Assembly (NCBI RefSeq): GCF_001194135.2
Contig: NC_068981.1
Coordinates: forward strand, 14,861,136-14,925,135
Direction of reading: 5' to 3'
Origin: Octopus bimaculoides
Taxonomy: Eukaryota
DNA length: 64,000 bases
Shown in pieces: positions 13,113-26,299 of the stretch (the stretch's first letter is position 1; each line of letters begins with the position of its first letter). Under the pieces are notes generated by a model. The model had not been told where the DNA came from and did no database searches. It saw only the letters and a list, made by a program, of their open reading frames with translations. Made by a program: the position numbers and the translations under genes.

Positions 13113-13395
13113 GTGCCACTGGCACTCTGTCACTTGCGACGACGAGAGCGTTTTAGTTGATACAATCGACGGAATAGCTCCTCGTGAAATTTGCATGCAT
13201 GTGACTGAGTACTCCACAGGCACATGTACCTTCCTTTAATGTATCATTGATCTCAGAGAAACTCTAATTGACACAGTATGACAAGGTTGGTCCTTTGAAA
13301 TACTCATTATTGTCCCTTGAGTAGACTAGAGGAACGTGAAGGAAATTGTCTTGCTCAAGGACACAACGTTTCACTGAGAATTGAACTCATACCTT
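13113..13395 (-). mobile_element. Diverged SINE, second family (same as 41152-41473)
   Basis: CACTCTGTCACTTGCGACGACGAG...GACACAGTATGACAAGG...GTCTTGCTCAAGGACACAACG...TTGAACTCA is collinear with the 41152 copy. Confidence 0.8.
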
Positions 13396-13477
13396 AATAT
13401 CCTAACCTGAATACCTTAACTACTAATCCACGCTCTTTCATGCTCACACTCACACACACAAACGTACAACACACGCG

Positions 13478-13508
<31 letters not shown>

Positions 13509-14004
13509 ACACACACATGCACACACNNNNNNNNNNNNNNNNNNNNNNNNNNNNNNNNNNNNNNNNNNNNNNNNNNNNNNNNNNNNNNNNNNNNNNNNNN
13601 NNNNNNNNNNNNNNNNNNNNNNNNNNNNNNNNNNNNNNNNNNNNNNNNNNNNNNNNNNNNNNNNNNNNNNNNNNNNNNNNNNNNNNNNNNNNNNNNNNNN
13701 NNNNNNNNNNNNNNNNNNNNNNNNNNNNNNNNNNNNNNNNNNNNNNNNNNNNNNNNNNNNNNNNNNNNNNNNNNNNNNNNNNNNNNNNNNNNNNNNNNNN
13801 NNNNNNNNNNNNNNNNNNNNNNNNNNNNNNNNNNNNNNNNNNNNNNNNNNNNNNNNNNNNNNNNNNNNNNNNNNNNNNNNNNNNNNNNNNNNNNNNNNNN
13901 NNNNNNNNNNNNNNNNNNNNNNNNNNNNNNNNNNNNNNNNNNNNNNNNNNNNNNNNNNNNNNNNNNNNNNNNNNNNNNNNNNNNNNNNNNNNNNNNNNNN
14001 NNNN

Positions 14005-14329
14005 TAGCATTGAGTTGCTTCTGCAACATACTGAAAATTTAGAAATAGCAGTCAAAGAACTACTGATTCTAAACTACAAATTTTTCTCTAAACGGATGGC
14101 GATATTTATGGCACACATAGAACAAACAATTTTCATTCTCTTAACCATGAAACGATCGTATCCGATTAACTAAAGACTTGTTTTGTTTATGCTTTTCCCT
14201 CCGGTTTTTTGTTCTATGTGTGCCATAAATATCGCCATCCGTTTAGAGAACAAATTGTAGTTTAGAATCAGTAGTTCTTTGACTGCTATTTGTAAATTTT
14301 CAGTATGTTGGAGAAGCAACTCAACGCTA
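14005..14329. mobile_element. Fold-back element/MITE: ~122-bp near-perfect inverted arms (14005-14126 and 14208-14329)
   Basis: TAGCATTGAGTTGCTTCTGCAACATACTGAAAATTT...GGCACACATAGAACAAA versus TTTGTTCTATGTGTGCC...AAATTTTCAGTATGTTGGAGAAGCAACTCAACGCTA. Confidence 0.9.
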
Positions 14330-14940
14330 ATCCCTGTATATTTTATATATATATATATATATACACAAATTGCATTTTTTATCCCCTATTTTATGGGGCT
14401 TCGCAGTACTAATAATTTTTGCCTTTAATAAATAGCTAATATTTTCATCCTTGAGTGGTTATATAAGCGTGATAAGACTTGTTGGAAATCTAGAATTATT
14501 TTTAAACTATCTTGACAGCTAGGAAATCACTCATTAAGTTTGAGATAAATATTGGATTAGGAAAGATCGGCCAGATATGTTCGACATAACTATGTTTTGT
14601 AGGAATTATATCAAATATTTACTTTGAAAAATAAATTATTTAACACTAGGCAAGAACGAAGTCATTTGCTTACACAGACAGCGTTTTGTTTTTAAAAAAA
14701 AGTTTACATAATTGAATGCAATAAATTCAAAAACAATTTTTTCTACCCATAACTATAATAACAATAATAATGATTACGCATATAAGAATACAAGAACAGA
14801 ATTCAATTTATAAGATTATACCTAATATAATCTAAAAACACTTTAAAACAACAACAACAACAACAACAATAATAATAATAATAATAGCAAAAAACAATAA
14901 CAACAACAACAACAACAATAATAATAATAATAATAACAAC

Positions 14941-14980
<40 letters not shown>

Positions 14981-14981
<1 letters not shown>

Positions 14982-15536
14982 CCCGGATGCAGTATCAAGC
15001 AGTGGCTCTCATGGCTTCTGATTTTAATTGATTGGAAGTGTTATCATGTACATTGTTTCGTCTTGGTATAAAAGATGGGTTACAGCAAATATTCTGCTCA
15101 ATACCACATATTTGCTTGTCAGTTGTTTGACCTTAACCAGTTGAGCATGTCCCTTGGTGGCTGACGATAAGCGCATCTCTGATCATGAACAGAAGTATTG
15201 GGGGAGCATCATATTCATGTGTTGAGAGGAATTCTTTGAGGTTTGAATAATTCACCTTTGGAAACATGGGTGTTTCATTCAACAGCCTTAAACGAACTTT
15301 ATTCAAGGACCTTTTGAGCGGGATGGGCTACTCGACCTCAAGAAAATTCTAACTGGGCCCCACCTGCAAGGTCATGCGCTGTTTATTTTGAGATATGAGA
15401 TTTCTGTGTCGCGTACATATGGTTGTGATGCATGTCCCATGTCTACCCTTATCAGACGGGTAGTCATGACAGGTATATTGGGCTTCGTATATTTTACCCC
15501 AGTGTCACTTTGATGGCATGCCCTGCTTTCTCACTC
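14981..15536 (+). mobile_element. ~556-bp non-coding interspersed element with (AAT)n on both sides; probable 3' end or non-autonomous derivative of a non-LTR retrotransposon
   Basis: GC-richer island between (AAC/AAT)n at ~14848-14980 and (AAT)n at 15537-15633, ending CTTTCTCACTC(AAT)n. Recognised from recall as an octopus repeat; class inferred. Confidence 0.6.
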
Positions 15537-15637
<101 letters not shown>

Positions 15638-16183
15638 TATGCTAGAAAACTTATAAATTAAAACCGACTACTTCTTTTTATTAACCACGCGGTGCGTACT
15701 GCTGAATAACTATCCACAACTACTATTAGTAACCTTCACAAAGATTTAAATAGTATAACCAACTCTGAAATTCATAAAAAAAAAACAGGTGACTATAAGG
15801 AATGTAAGATCATTCAAAGGAAACGTATTCTATAAGAAAACACTCCCCAATAGACCAAGACAATTTGCCTACTTAAAAAAATAACGTTGCCGGTGCTGCT
15901 GAGTTTTACCGACAATCAGTTGTAGAAAACAGCTTATCGATGAACGTCACCGATTATTACTAGTGCTACCAAGCTTAATTCAAACAAAGAACGGAGGAAA
16001 CTTGCTCTTCGAACAATTTCGTATTTATACACCCTGAAGAGATCGTACCAATAATGCATAAATCACTGCTTTTAAGTATGTAGCTATATGTAATTAATAC
16101 AACCGAATCAGTTTTCAGACAATTATTATGAATAAACCAACTGTAAATACACATAACGTTCAAAGTTTTCATCCTCCTTACCA

Positions 16184-16230
<47 letters not shown>

Positions 16231-17013
16231 GAGAGGGAGAGAGAGATAAAGCATGAGGGGTAGTGGGATAGTGAGGGAGATGGGGAGAGGGCTATTTAAC
16301 TTTGAATTCCATTACGCAAGGACATATAAACAGTATTCAGAACTCTAGCTGCATACTTATATTTGAAAACAGAAAACGGTATAAAGACCGAGGTTATAAT
16401 GGTTCAAGTTTCCTTTTAGGTTGTCCATTGTCATAAACCACACAGTATAGACATAAAAGAAACATACCAAATTGGCGAGTTAGTTCGTATGTTATTAATT
16501 TATGTCATTTTCTAGGTGTTTTGCCAACAATATTTGTTATATATAAAAAAATACCTAGAATCGGAATAAATAAATAATGAAATCATAAGAGATACTGCAA
16601 GAAATGAAAGAAATATTTAAGGTCTGGTTGCACACTGGGTAGTGATACGGTCTCAAAAGACATAAATACTAAGTTATTTTTCTCATATAATGAAAATTAT
16701 TTCTGTTGATGCTCATATACGTTGGTGAAACTATATTTTCAACAAGTTTTTCGCCCCACTCTCTGTATCTCTACCACACAGACACGCACACACACACACA
16801 GGCACAAACACACACACACACAAACACATACACACACACAAAAGCACACACACACACGACACACAAATACGCACATACGCACACACACATATCTTATTCA
16901 AGCATATATTTAGTGAGCGTTTGTGTGACTGCGTCAAATATTGCATGATAATCGCCACTATTTGTCAATGAACCATCCAACCGCAATATTAGAGGATTAA
17001 CCAAATTCTCACG

Positions 17014-17870
17014 CCAGTACAATTGCCACGCCCATAGGTAATAACTTATCTGGGGCCAGCGTCACCGAAGATCCTAGATCCAACGCTACAGATGATGAAC
17101 AAACTATAGACATCGATAGTGTGACCAGGCCCACAACGTCTGTTACCACCAGTACAATCGCCACGCCTAGAAATGATGACAAATCGAGGCCCAGCAAGAT
17201 GGAGAAGGTAACCCGCGTTCCCAGTACCACCACCACAGATTATGACCAATGAATTATCTTCGATACCGATGGGAAGACCGGCCCCGCACCATTTTTTACC
17301 AGGGGTGCGAATAAATCCACATCCCATGGTTGTAAGTGTATTAGATCTGCCAGTATCTCTTTCAAGCGACGTTTTCTTAACCACCGATTATATTTCAGTC
17401 TCCCAGAAAGACAGTTTTTCACGTCCCTGACCCGCCATTTATGGCAACTCAAACATCAAGGCACCCTGTGCGATATCAAGTGGAAATTAATTGATTATCC
17501 GGGCCAATATATTAATAGAAGTGTCCGTTGCAAGATCTCCATCGCGGAGTGAGTCAAAATTCTTAAGGACCATACGAAACTTGAGGCGTAAATAGTCGTA
17601 AACATTACTTCCTGGAAATGTAGATTTCCTCGTTTGCTCGTTAGGCCTCACCGGGTCTATAGGAGTTGGTTTTCTTCTTTCTGGTTCAGGGTAGATAATC
17701 CGTCGTCATTAACATTTGTTGTCATGACGTATTTCTCGATTTCTGAGCGTTTCGTCACGTCTGCGACGTAGAAATTTTAAATGTTTGTCTTTATAGAGAT
17801 ACTGACGAGCTGTTCGCAAGGCTTTGGCTTTGAGGATGCGAAACATTGGGCTATTCTATGTCCATGATAC
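17014..17870 (+). mobile_element. Penelope-like retroelement 3' fragment: low-complexity linker, decayed GIY-YIG endonuclease, pseudo-LTR with hammerhead motif
   Basis: 17334-17590 translates KCIRSASISFKRRFLNHRLYF...TSLTRHLWQLKHQG...DIKWKLID...RCKISIAE*, matching the PLE endonuclease pattern YIG..TFKxRxxNH..SLSxxIWxLK..IKWxI..CxLCxxE. Confidence 0.8.
17795..17870 (+). ncRNA. Type I hammerhead ribozyme motif (probably partly decayed)
   Basis: CTGACGA at 17802, long stem II (GC...CAAGGC-TTTG-GCTTTG...GC), GAAAC at 17840, stem III ACAT/ATGT, GUC triplet at 17860-17862. Stem I partner not evident. Confidence 0.6.
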
Positions 17871-17954
17871 AAAATTTTGTTGTAACAATTACTACTCTAT
17901 ACTCTAGAGTGTGATTCTTTTCTGATAAATATTTTTATTAACTAACTAATTTTA

Positions 17955-18180
17955 TACATATTATTTACATTATTTACATTTGACGGACATTTGTCCTCAA
18001 CTTCTTTGTTGCTAACACAACGTTTGAGCTGATATACCCTCCTGCCTGGAGGGTATATACAAAAACTAGTACGAAATCTTTCACGTTGTATGCAACATAA
18101 TGTATTTACCTAAATGTCTGTCAAATGTAAATAATGTAAATAATGTACATAATTCCTCATCTCTTAAACATAGAACTGTA
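17955..18180. mobile_element. Two head-to-head fragments of a hammerhead-bearing repeat tail
   Basis: Arms 17955-17992 and 18112-18147 are inverted copies. Centre TATACCCTCC-TGCCT-GGAGGGTATA is a perfect 10-bp hairpin. Confidence 0.65.
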
Positions 18181-18222
18181 TCGACTTTATACATACATAC
18201 ATACATATATGTGTGTGGGGGG

Positions 18223-18271
<49 letters not shown>

Positions 18272-20757
18272 ATATATATATACATAAATACATGAATCTT
18301 TTTATACGTTATCTCGTTCACGTTTAGCCTCAAATCGTACGCATGATTGAAATATACAGAGAGTTGTACATTTCTTCACTCGTATTACTTCCACGTTACA
18401 TTATACAAATGCATCCGCGAATTTTCTATTTCTTAGCCCAATTTTGTTTTGTTTGTTTTCATACTCATTAATATCGATTGCAATTATCGATTTCTTGGAA
18501 TGCAGGCAATTTTCCTCTTATAATTTACAAAACTTGACCGAAACACCATATTGGGAGAACTGATTTGTTAACCTTTGAACTTATATATGAAAGTATAAAC
18601 CCTGAAGGATTTGGAAAATTAATTCGTACTATGAATGCATTTTGTTACTGTTTGCTATTAGTTATCCGGTTGTAATTTACATATTATAATATGTAAGTTT
18701 AAGGTATTAGATGTAACATGTAGTAAATACATTATTATACCAAATTTGAAGAATGGTATTTTAAAAAGTCTTTCTGGATTTCGGTAGCAATTACCATGGT
18801 TCTATTACGTGTTTGCTTAATATGATCCATTGTAAATAATTTTTAGTTAACTTATAAACAAAGGTTATAGAAATGATTTACTAGTAAAAAAATTGTTCTA
18901 TGCCTATTGAAAACTTAGATCAAGATACAATATTTCATGATATACTTACAAACACTAGTACGATATCTTTCAAGTTGTATGCAACATAACGTATTTACCT
19001 AAACAACTTGATCTTTCAATTTTATAAAATATTTTAACCATGGTTTCCTTACTTCCAGTAGAGTAATATAAAAAGACTTAAGTTACCTCAGCCAGAGTGT
19101 CATTTAACTTGAACGTAGTGTATTTTGATACCTGCTGTAAACTAAATATTTCTCTTAGAAAGTAAAACAAACAAAACTATATAAGAATATATAATAAACC
19201 CTAAGAAAATAATGTAAAAAGTAGAAGAGATTCGTTCCTAAATTACCACATTTACATGTCACTCATTTCTCCGAATGTACAGCAAGTTTGCATTAACAAC
19301 TCAGCGATGTTTCAAACGGTATGGACGTATGTCAAGATCGGACAGCTTGTTGTCTAGAATGCCGTTAGCATAGTAAATGTTTCACTCAGCTAGTATTTGT
19401 TATTCTGCAAGGTTGCAGCATATCACAATGAAAAGCATCCAAAATACACGACAGGACAGAACATTAAAGGTAAACTAGCATGATGAAATAGCATGTCAGT
19501 TCAAGAAATAGTACATGGATACTTGTAAAACCTTTGTGTCAGAATACGTCCAATATGTCAATATCGCAACTTCGAAATGTGCTGTCGTTTTCGAGACATT
19601 TCTAAAAGCTACATCTGTGGTTGTTTTTTATCCAGCTTATCTTAAATTTCACAGAGCTATGGTAAATAGATTTCTAAAATCTTATAATCATACCGTTTTC
19701 TGTAACAATACCTTCAGGTAGTGTATACTGATTATATTATCTACCTTGTTATCATCATGTTTAAGAGAAAAAGATGTGATTTGAGGACGATGCGGCTGCT
19801 ATGTCTCACAATATGGTGAATATGTGTAAGCTGCATTATCTAACAAGTTTTCTTCGTTGGTGTGTTTATAATTGTAAATGGTCATGATGTAATTACAGAT
19901 ATACACATTTTATCACTTGCTGGTAACAATAAATTTATTACGGTTTAGAACCTACAGTGAAGATTCAGGCACAATGAATTTTAATAAGTGGATCGCAATG
20001 CTTCATATGCTACAATAATTTCCCGAATACCAGGTGCTTACTGAAAAAGACGCCTCTGACAGATACTGAATGAACATGTGCAGTGAAAACCTGAACTTTA
20101 AGTCACAGAACATCATAATTAAAGAATATACATATGGCGATGTATTTGGTTACTTACTTAATACGGAAGTAAGTGCAGGTCGCACGATCTCTCGTAGCCC
20201 TCTCAGACTGATGATCTTCATGGTGTTAATGTTTCCTTCAAACTGTTGCCAGGAAGACATAAATAAGGAGAATATTCTAGCTGCTCATGTAGTGGAGAGG
20301 AATATGTTCAGTGTCAGATCGGGGAGTAATTGGGTACAGCATAGGTAAATTAAGGTTGAGTTGCCTGCGTGTAGGAAGTACAAGGTCAAGCAGATCTAAG
20401 TGCAGAATACAATATAGGAGAATGTAATAAAATTAAGAATCAGTGTATTGACTTCTTTATCACGGATAGATACATGGTACACATATACAATTGCGAATAG
20501 ATGTCACTTCTGTGTTTTTTCCACAAACTTGACGTTCGTTATTCCAGAAAAGTAAAAAGGCAAATATTTTTTCTAGTATACCATTTAAAATCTAGCGTTA
20601 GTTGTATTTAGTCCATATTTGGTTTATGTCAGATACTCCGTTTTGTTTTTCTTACAACAAAATATTCTCCCAAATGTTTTCTCAAATACGATCAAGTAAT
20701 ATATGGTATTTATATAAGTTGCATTCGTATTGACTCTTTGAAATAAATACAGTACAC

Positions 20758-20840
<83 letters not shown>

Positions 20841-22113
20841 GTATATGTATGCATGTATGTATATATATTTTCATATGAACTGGAAATATAATGGGAAGGA
20901 TTCTTAGACATTAATTATTTACAGCATATCTCGATATGTACTTCACTTCGTTTCTGTGCATTTTTTCTGTTCATAACTTCCTATTAATTTCATTTAGATC
21001 AATAATGCAGAAACCATTACTTCACTTCGAAAAGTGTATCCATCAGCCATTGATTTATGGAAGAGAAAATATAATGTTTGACATATTTGACATCTCTGAA
21101 GTATCTCGAAATATGAACACGAAACGATTCATGGATCTATCAATTTTTCAGAAAGACAAGTAAAATATTTTGTCACGTCACTCTAGGGTGTGCAAAATGT
21201 AATATGAACAAACGTAAGTGCATGTATGTAACTCTATGTTTTCCTTTCTTGAAAAGAATAACATGAGCTCTTTCAAGTATTGTGGACATACACGATTCGC
21301 ATTTTTAGATATTTACATAACATTAGTACCGATCACATTTTCAAGAATAAAATATTTGGGATTTTTTTAACATTTTGGTCGATACTGTTGCTTGTACATA
21401 CATAATACTTTCCTACATTTTTTTTCCGTAGTGAAGAGACATATTTTATTCGAAATGATATGATATTAAAATAAATATAAAAATATTACCTGGTTATTAA
21501 ATTGTTGAATACACTCACAGAGTATCATAATATCACCTCATATATTTCCTTCCTATCATAAAAATATTACGGATAAATAACTGGCGAATAAGCTTACACA
21601 AATATTTGGATGAAGGTGAAATAAAAACTTTAAAATATAATGTCGAAATATTTGAGATGAAAATATAATGTCATCACGTTTACTATTTATTATTTCGGAA
21701 AAAATTTAGAAAATATTTTTATGAGATATTACAACGGTTCAGTAGTAATTGTATTGCACTTTTGGACAGCGACAACATACGTACACATGCATACACACTC
21801 GCATGTGTATATGAAGGTGTATATATATATATATNNNNNNNNNNNNNNNNNNNNNNNNNNNNNNNNNNNNNNNNNNNNNNNNNNNNNNNNNNNNNNNNNN
21901 NNNNNNNNNNNNNNNNNNNNNNNNNNNNNNNNNNNNNNNNNNNNNNNNNNNNNNNNNNNNNNNNNNNNNNNNNNNNNNNNNNNNNNNNNNNNNNNNNNNN
22001 NNNNNNNNNNNNNNNNNNNNNNNNNNNNNNNNNNNNNNNNNNNNNNNNNNNNNNNNNNNNNNNNNNNNNNNNNNNNNNNNNNNNNNNNNNNNNNNNNNAA
22101 TATGCATGTATAT

Positions 22114-22175
<62 letters not shown>

Positions 22176-23358
22176 GTATGTATACATATATTCATAATAT
22201 ATTCTGTAAAAGCTTATAGACAGATTTTATTTTTTATTTTAGTCGTAAAATAAATTTCACATGATTACAATCAATAAAACTCAGTCGATATTTGAATCAT
22301 TGATAAAATATCATTGGTAGCATTAAAATTTACATAGTTGCTAGCTCACGTAATGATTACGAAGGGTCAATGAACATATGAATATATGTGTCTGTCTGTC
22401 TGTCTGTCTGTATGTATGTATGTATGTATGTATGTCTGAATATATGCACAACCACATGTAGACATAGGCACAAGTATATAAGCATAATATTCATATCATG
22501 TACGTATGAATATATAAAATTATATTTCCATCAAAAACAAGTTGCATCTCCAAACGCTTGTAATAAATGTACCCATTACGCAGAGGAATAGACATCTTCA
22601 GACGCGGTCCAATGATAATTGCTTCCTTCGACCTAGAAACTAAGAGCGTCCAATTTGCGAGCACACTCTAGTGTTAATATGTTTAGTGTCGGTCTATAGT
22701 TTCGTAACTAGCCCTCTGCTGCCTCTCACTTCCTACGAGCAAAGGCTTTATTCTCTAACATAATCCAACGCCATTTAGCATCGTCCGTATTCGATATATC
22801 AAAGAATCCTCTAAAACAATCTCCTTGGAATCCCGCTAAATAATCTGGGCGTCTTGTAGTAAAATGCTCTACCGTACTGTAGCTGTAGCCGTTTCGTGTT
22901 CGACCGTAAGCATGATAAATCACATTTTCCCTACTTTAGTTGATGTTCCTCCAGTATTTCTAATGCCGGACTATGCGAGAATATTATGGATATATTGACA
23001 TGATTTCACTTCAATCTATTTTGGCTAAGTGCTATATTTCACTTCTTATGATTTGCACCGAGTGGCAAGAAACTGTACGTAGGTGTTATACCTCATTTCT
23101 CTATCTCTCAGATATGTTGGTATTGAGGTACTGTCATACACGTCTTACAACAGGAAGGATATGTGAATAGGATTTGTCCCTAAGGGTCTGTTAATGCATT
23201 ATTCCTCTTTAAAAAGGTTGTTTTTGGTCAATGCTCTCTGAGAAACTAGCTCTACAGCACATGCTTTTGTACTTTTTCATATATATATATGTATACATCG
23301 TTGTATGTATGCATCGTTGTATGTATGTGTGTATGTATGTATGTACGTATGTATGTAT

Positions 23359-23702
23359 TGGAGACCCCCTTGGGACGCGAACGACCATGGCATTGCACTT
23401 AGAAAGTTACCCTCCGAGGCATAAGTCCGGGCAAGGTTGTTTATGGAAGGCCAGCAGTCACCAACGCAATACCATCCTCCCCTTTCCACGTCAGCGATGA
23501 TATCCAAGGAAAAGGCAAAGGGGGCGATACAGATTGGCACCTGTGACGTCGCAACTCATTTCTACTGCTTAGTCATCTGGTGTAACGTGAAATACAGTGT
23601 CTTGCTCAAGAATAATAATACACGCAGCCCGGTCCAGGATTCGAACTCACAATCTCACGGTCATAAGTTGGACGCTCTAACCACTGAGCCAAGCGCCTTC
23701 AC
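23359..23702 (-). mobile_element. tRNA-derived SINE with head/core shared with the 41152 family but a different 3' tail
   Basis: Minus strand GTGAAGGCGCTTGGCTCAGTGGTTAGAGCG...GAGTTCGAATCC (A and B boxes), then CTTGAGCAAGACAC core, then a distinct tail ending GGTCTCCA before (TACA)n. Confidence 0.85.
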
Positions 23703-23755
23703 ATAGACGGACGTAAAAAATCGTATACACATACACACATATATGTACACACACA

Positions 23756-23797
<42 letters not shown>

Positions 23798-23964
23798 NNN
23801 NNNNNNNNNNNNNNNNNNNNNNNNNNNNNNNNNNNNNNNNNNNNNNNNNNNNNNNNNNNNNNNNNNNNNNNNNNNNNNNNNNNNNNTATATATATATATA
23901 TATATTTATATATTTTTTTTTATTTCTGAGCAAGAGAAATACAGTAACACTACCGAATCGTAAT

Positions 23965-24250
23965 GTTTATATGCCAATATAACGTGGCAGTCCTGAAAAA
24001 GAGATGCTACTGTTGTTTTAGCCCCAGCTAGTTACGGACACACCGTTTGTATTTGTATATAGCATTTTCAAAGAAGCCCATTGCTAGAGATGGGAGCGAT
24101 GAGAGGGGAACTATGACCTCCCTTGCAAATACTATAGACGGACACAAAATGTGTGTCGATAGCTAACTGGAAAATATGTTTTCCTAGGGCTAAAACAGCA
24201 CAAGCATCGTCCTGTTTAGGACTTCCAACTCATGTTGGTGTATGAACACT
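23965..24250. mobile_element. Diverged copy of the 3776-4300 MITE family
   Basis: GATGCTACTGTTGTTTTAGCCCCAG at the left and GGGCTAAAACAGCACAAGCATCGTCC at the right are inverted and match the 3776 terminal repeat. Confidence 0.7.
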
Positions 24251-24262
24251 ATTATATAATTA

Positions 24263-24294
<32 letters not shown>

Positions 24295-24297
24295 GAC

Positions 24298-24370
<73 letters not shown>

Positions 24371-26089
24371 CACGGCCATTATTGCATCCACATTTAAAAA
24401 TTTTCCTGAGCCAACTAAAGATGGGAAACTGAGAGGAAAGTTTTTTTTTTTTATTCAACACTTCCTTCATAGGGCTGAGGATGAACGTTTCTCGGTGTGG
24501 CGTGTGTAAACGTATCTTGATTAAATACTTATACGTCGTTTTCATGAAGCTGATTGAAATGTAATTACACTAATCTTTTTTATTTGTGAAGTTTCTGTTT
24601 AAAATACGTTGTAAGTCTATATTCAGGCAGCTAAGGAATATGGCATCGGTTTTAAATTTTAAGAAGGTATGTTGTGTTAACACCAAAGTTTTAAATATTT
24701 TCTCCATCGCAATAAAGCATATTCCAACACCTGGACGGGATTTGATATCAGAGCACGAGAATCTGATACAAATATTGCAAGCCATTTTAACTGAAGTTCT
24801 AAACTACGTCAATATACATCCATGCTCACATAGACCGACGGAAAATATTGTATACACATACACACATATGTATTTATATTCACTCTCACACACATGCATA
24901 TATATATATCATTATTTGATGCACTCTATTAAATTATTTTCTGTGCTTTTACAGTTAGATTTAGTATAGGGTAAGGGATTTTTAAACCGATCTCTGACCC
25001 AAACACACATTTGAGGAAGCCTTCATCCTCCTCTCACAGTAAATTTTCAACTAACAAATTTACTGCATTTGTACATATCCGTAGGCCTTTAGGAGTTAGC
25101 AGTGCATTAAATGTAATTACATTGAGTACATAAGAAATGGGAATACATAATATATCTCCTCTCAAGTCTATAACTAAAGTATTCATGAATTTATGCTTGC
25201 TTGTACGGTTCTTATAAAATCCATGACTATATTTATTATTTCCATTATTATATATGATCATGCTTGTATAATGGAGCGTCGGTCGAGTGAAAATATAGAG
25301 TTCCATACAGATGTATTGTTGTATTTAGTTATGTCATAACTCTGAAGAAATTGATTTTGTTTTCGTTTTCTCCTTTAGGATTGTTCTGATAAAAACAACA
25401 GAATATCTATATGAACTACATTCTATCTTGTGATGTTTATCGGTGAGATGAACTGTTTGCATTTCGTCCGTCCTACAATGATAATTTAATGCCAGTAATG
25501 CAATGTAGACAATACAATTAATGATATTTCTATACCAAAAATATGTACTTTAGAGCAAAATATAGAAATCAATATTCCTTAACTATATAAACATTTATAT
25601 TAAGTTTATCACGAAATGCTCTTTATTTTGACGTCTAAGGATTCCAGATTATTTATGTATAAACATTTAAATGCTCGATACCAAAGTTCAAACCTATATT
25701 TTAATTAAAGATCCTATTTAAAGTAAGAATAAGTTAGGCATTCGTCTGAGTCATTTAATACACTCGTTTATTATTTTTGTTCCTATTTTGTTCTTGATTT
25801 AGTGGAGGTTAACAAATACATCAATTGTTTGCTAAAATTTTGCTCATAAATTTTTCAATACATACAATATACCAGCCATGAATACGCCAGAAGTGAAAGA
25901 ACACAGAAACCATCGCACCGAATGCATTACTAGTCCAATTGATTTCCACACTCATAGGGTAAAAGCTACATCACCTGTCGCTTCAACGACCTTGGTTCCT
26001 TAGCATCGGTTAGCCTACATTATGATTTACTGGTAACACTTATTGATTTCATTACAATGAACATACAGTCTCACATATCCTCACATATC

Positions 26090-26225
<136 letters not shown>

Positions 26226-26299
26226 TGTGAGTGTGTTTATGTCTGTGTCTCTGTTCTATCTATTATCTATTATCTATCTATCAATCTATGAAGCTATAT

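Noticed and set aside
15700-16050. Possible further Penelope-like endonuclease remnant (AEFYRQSVVENSLSMN)
   Set aside because: The resemblance is too weak and frame-broken to support.
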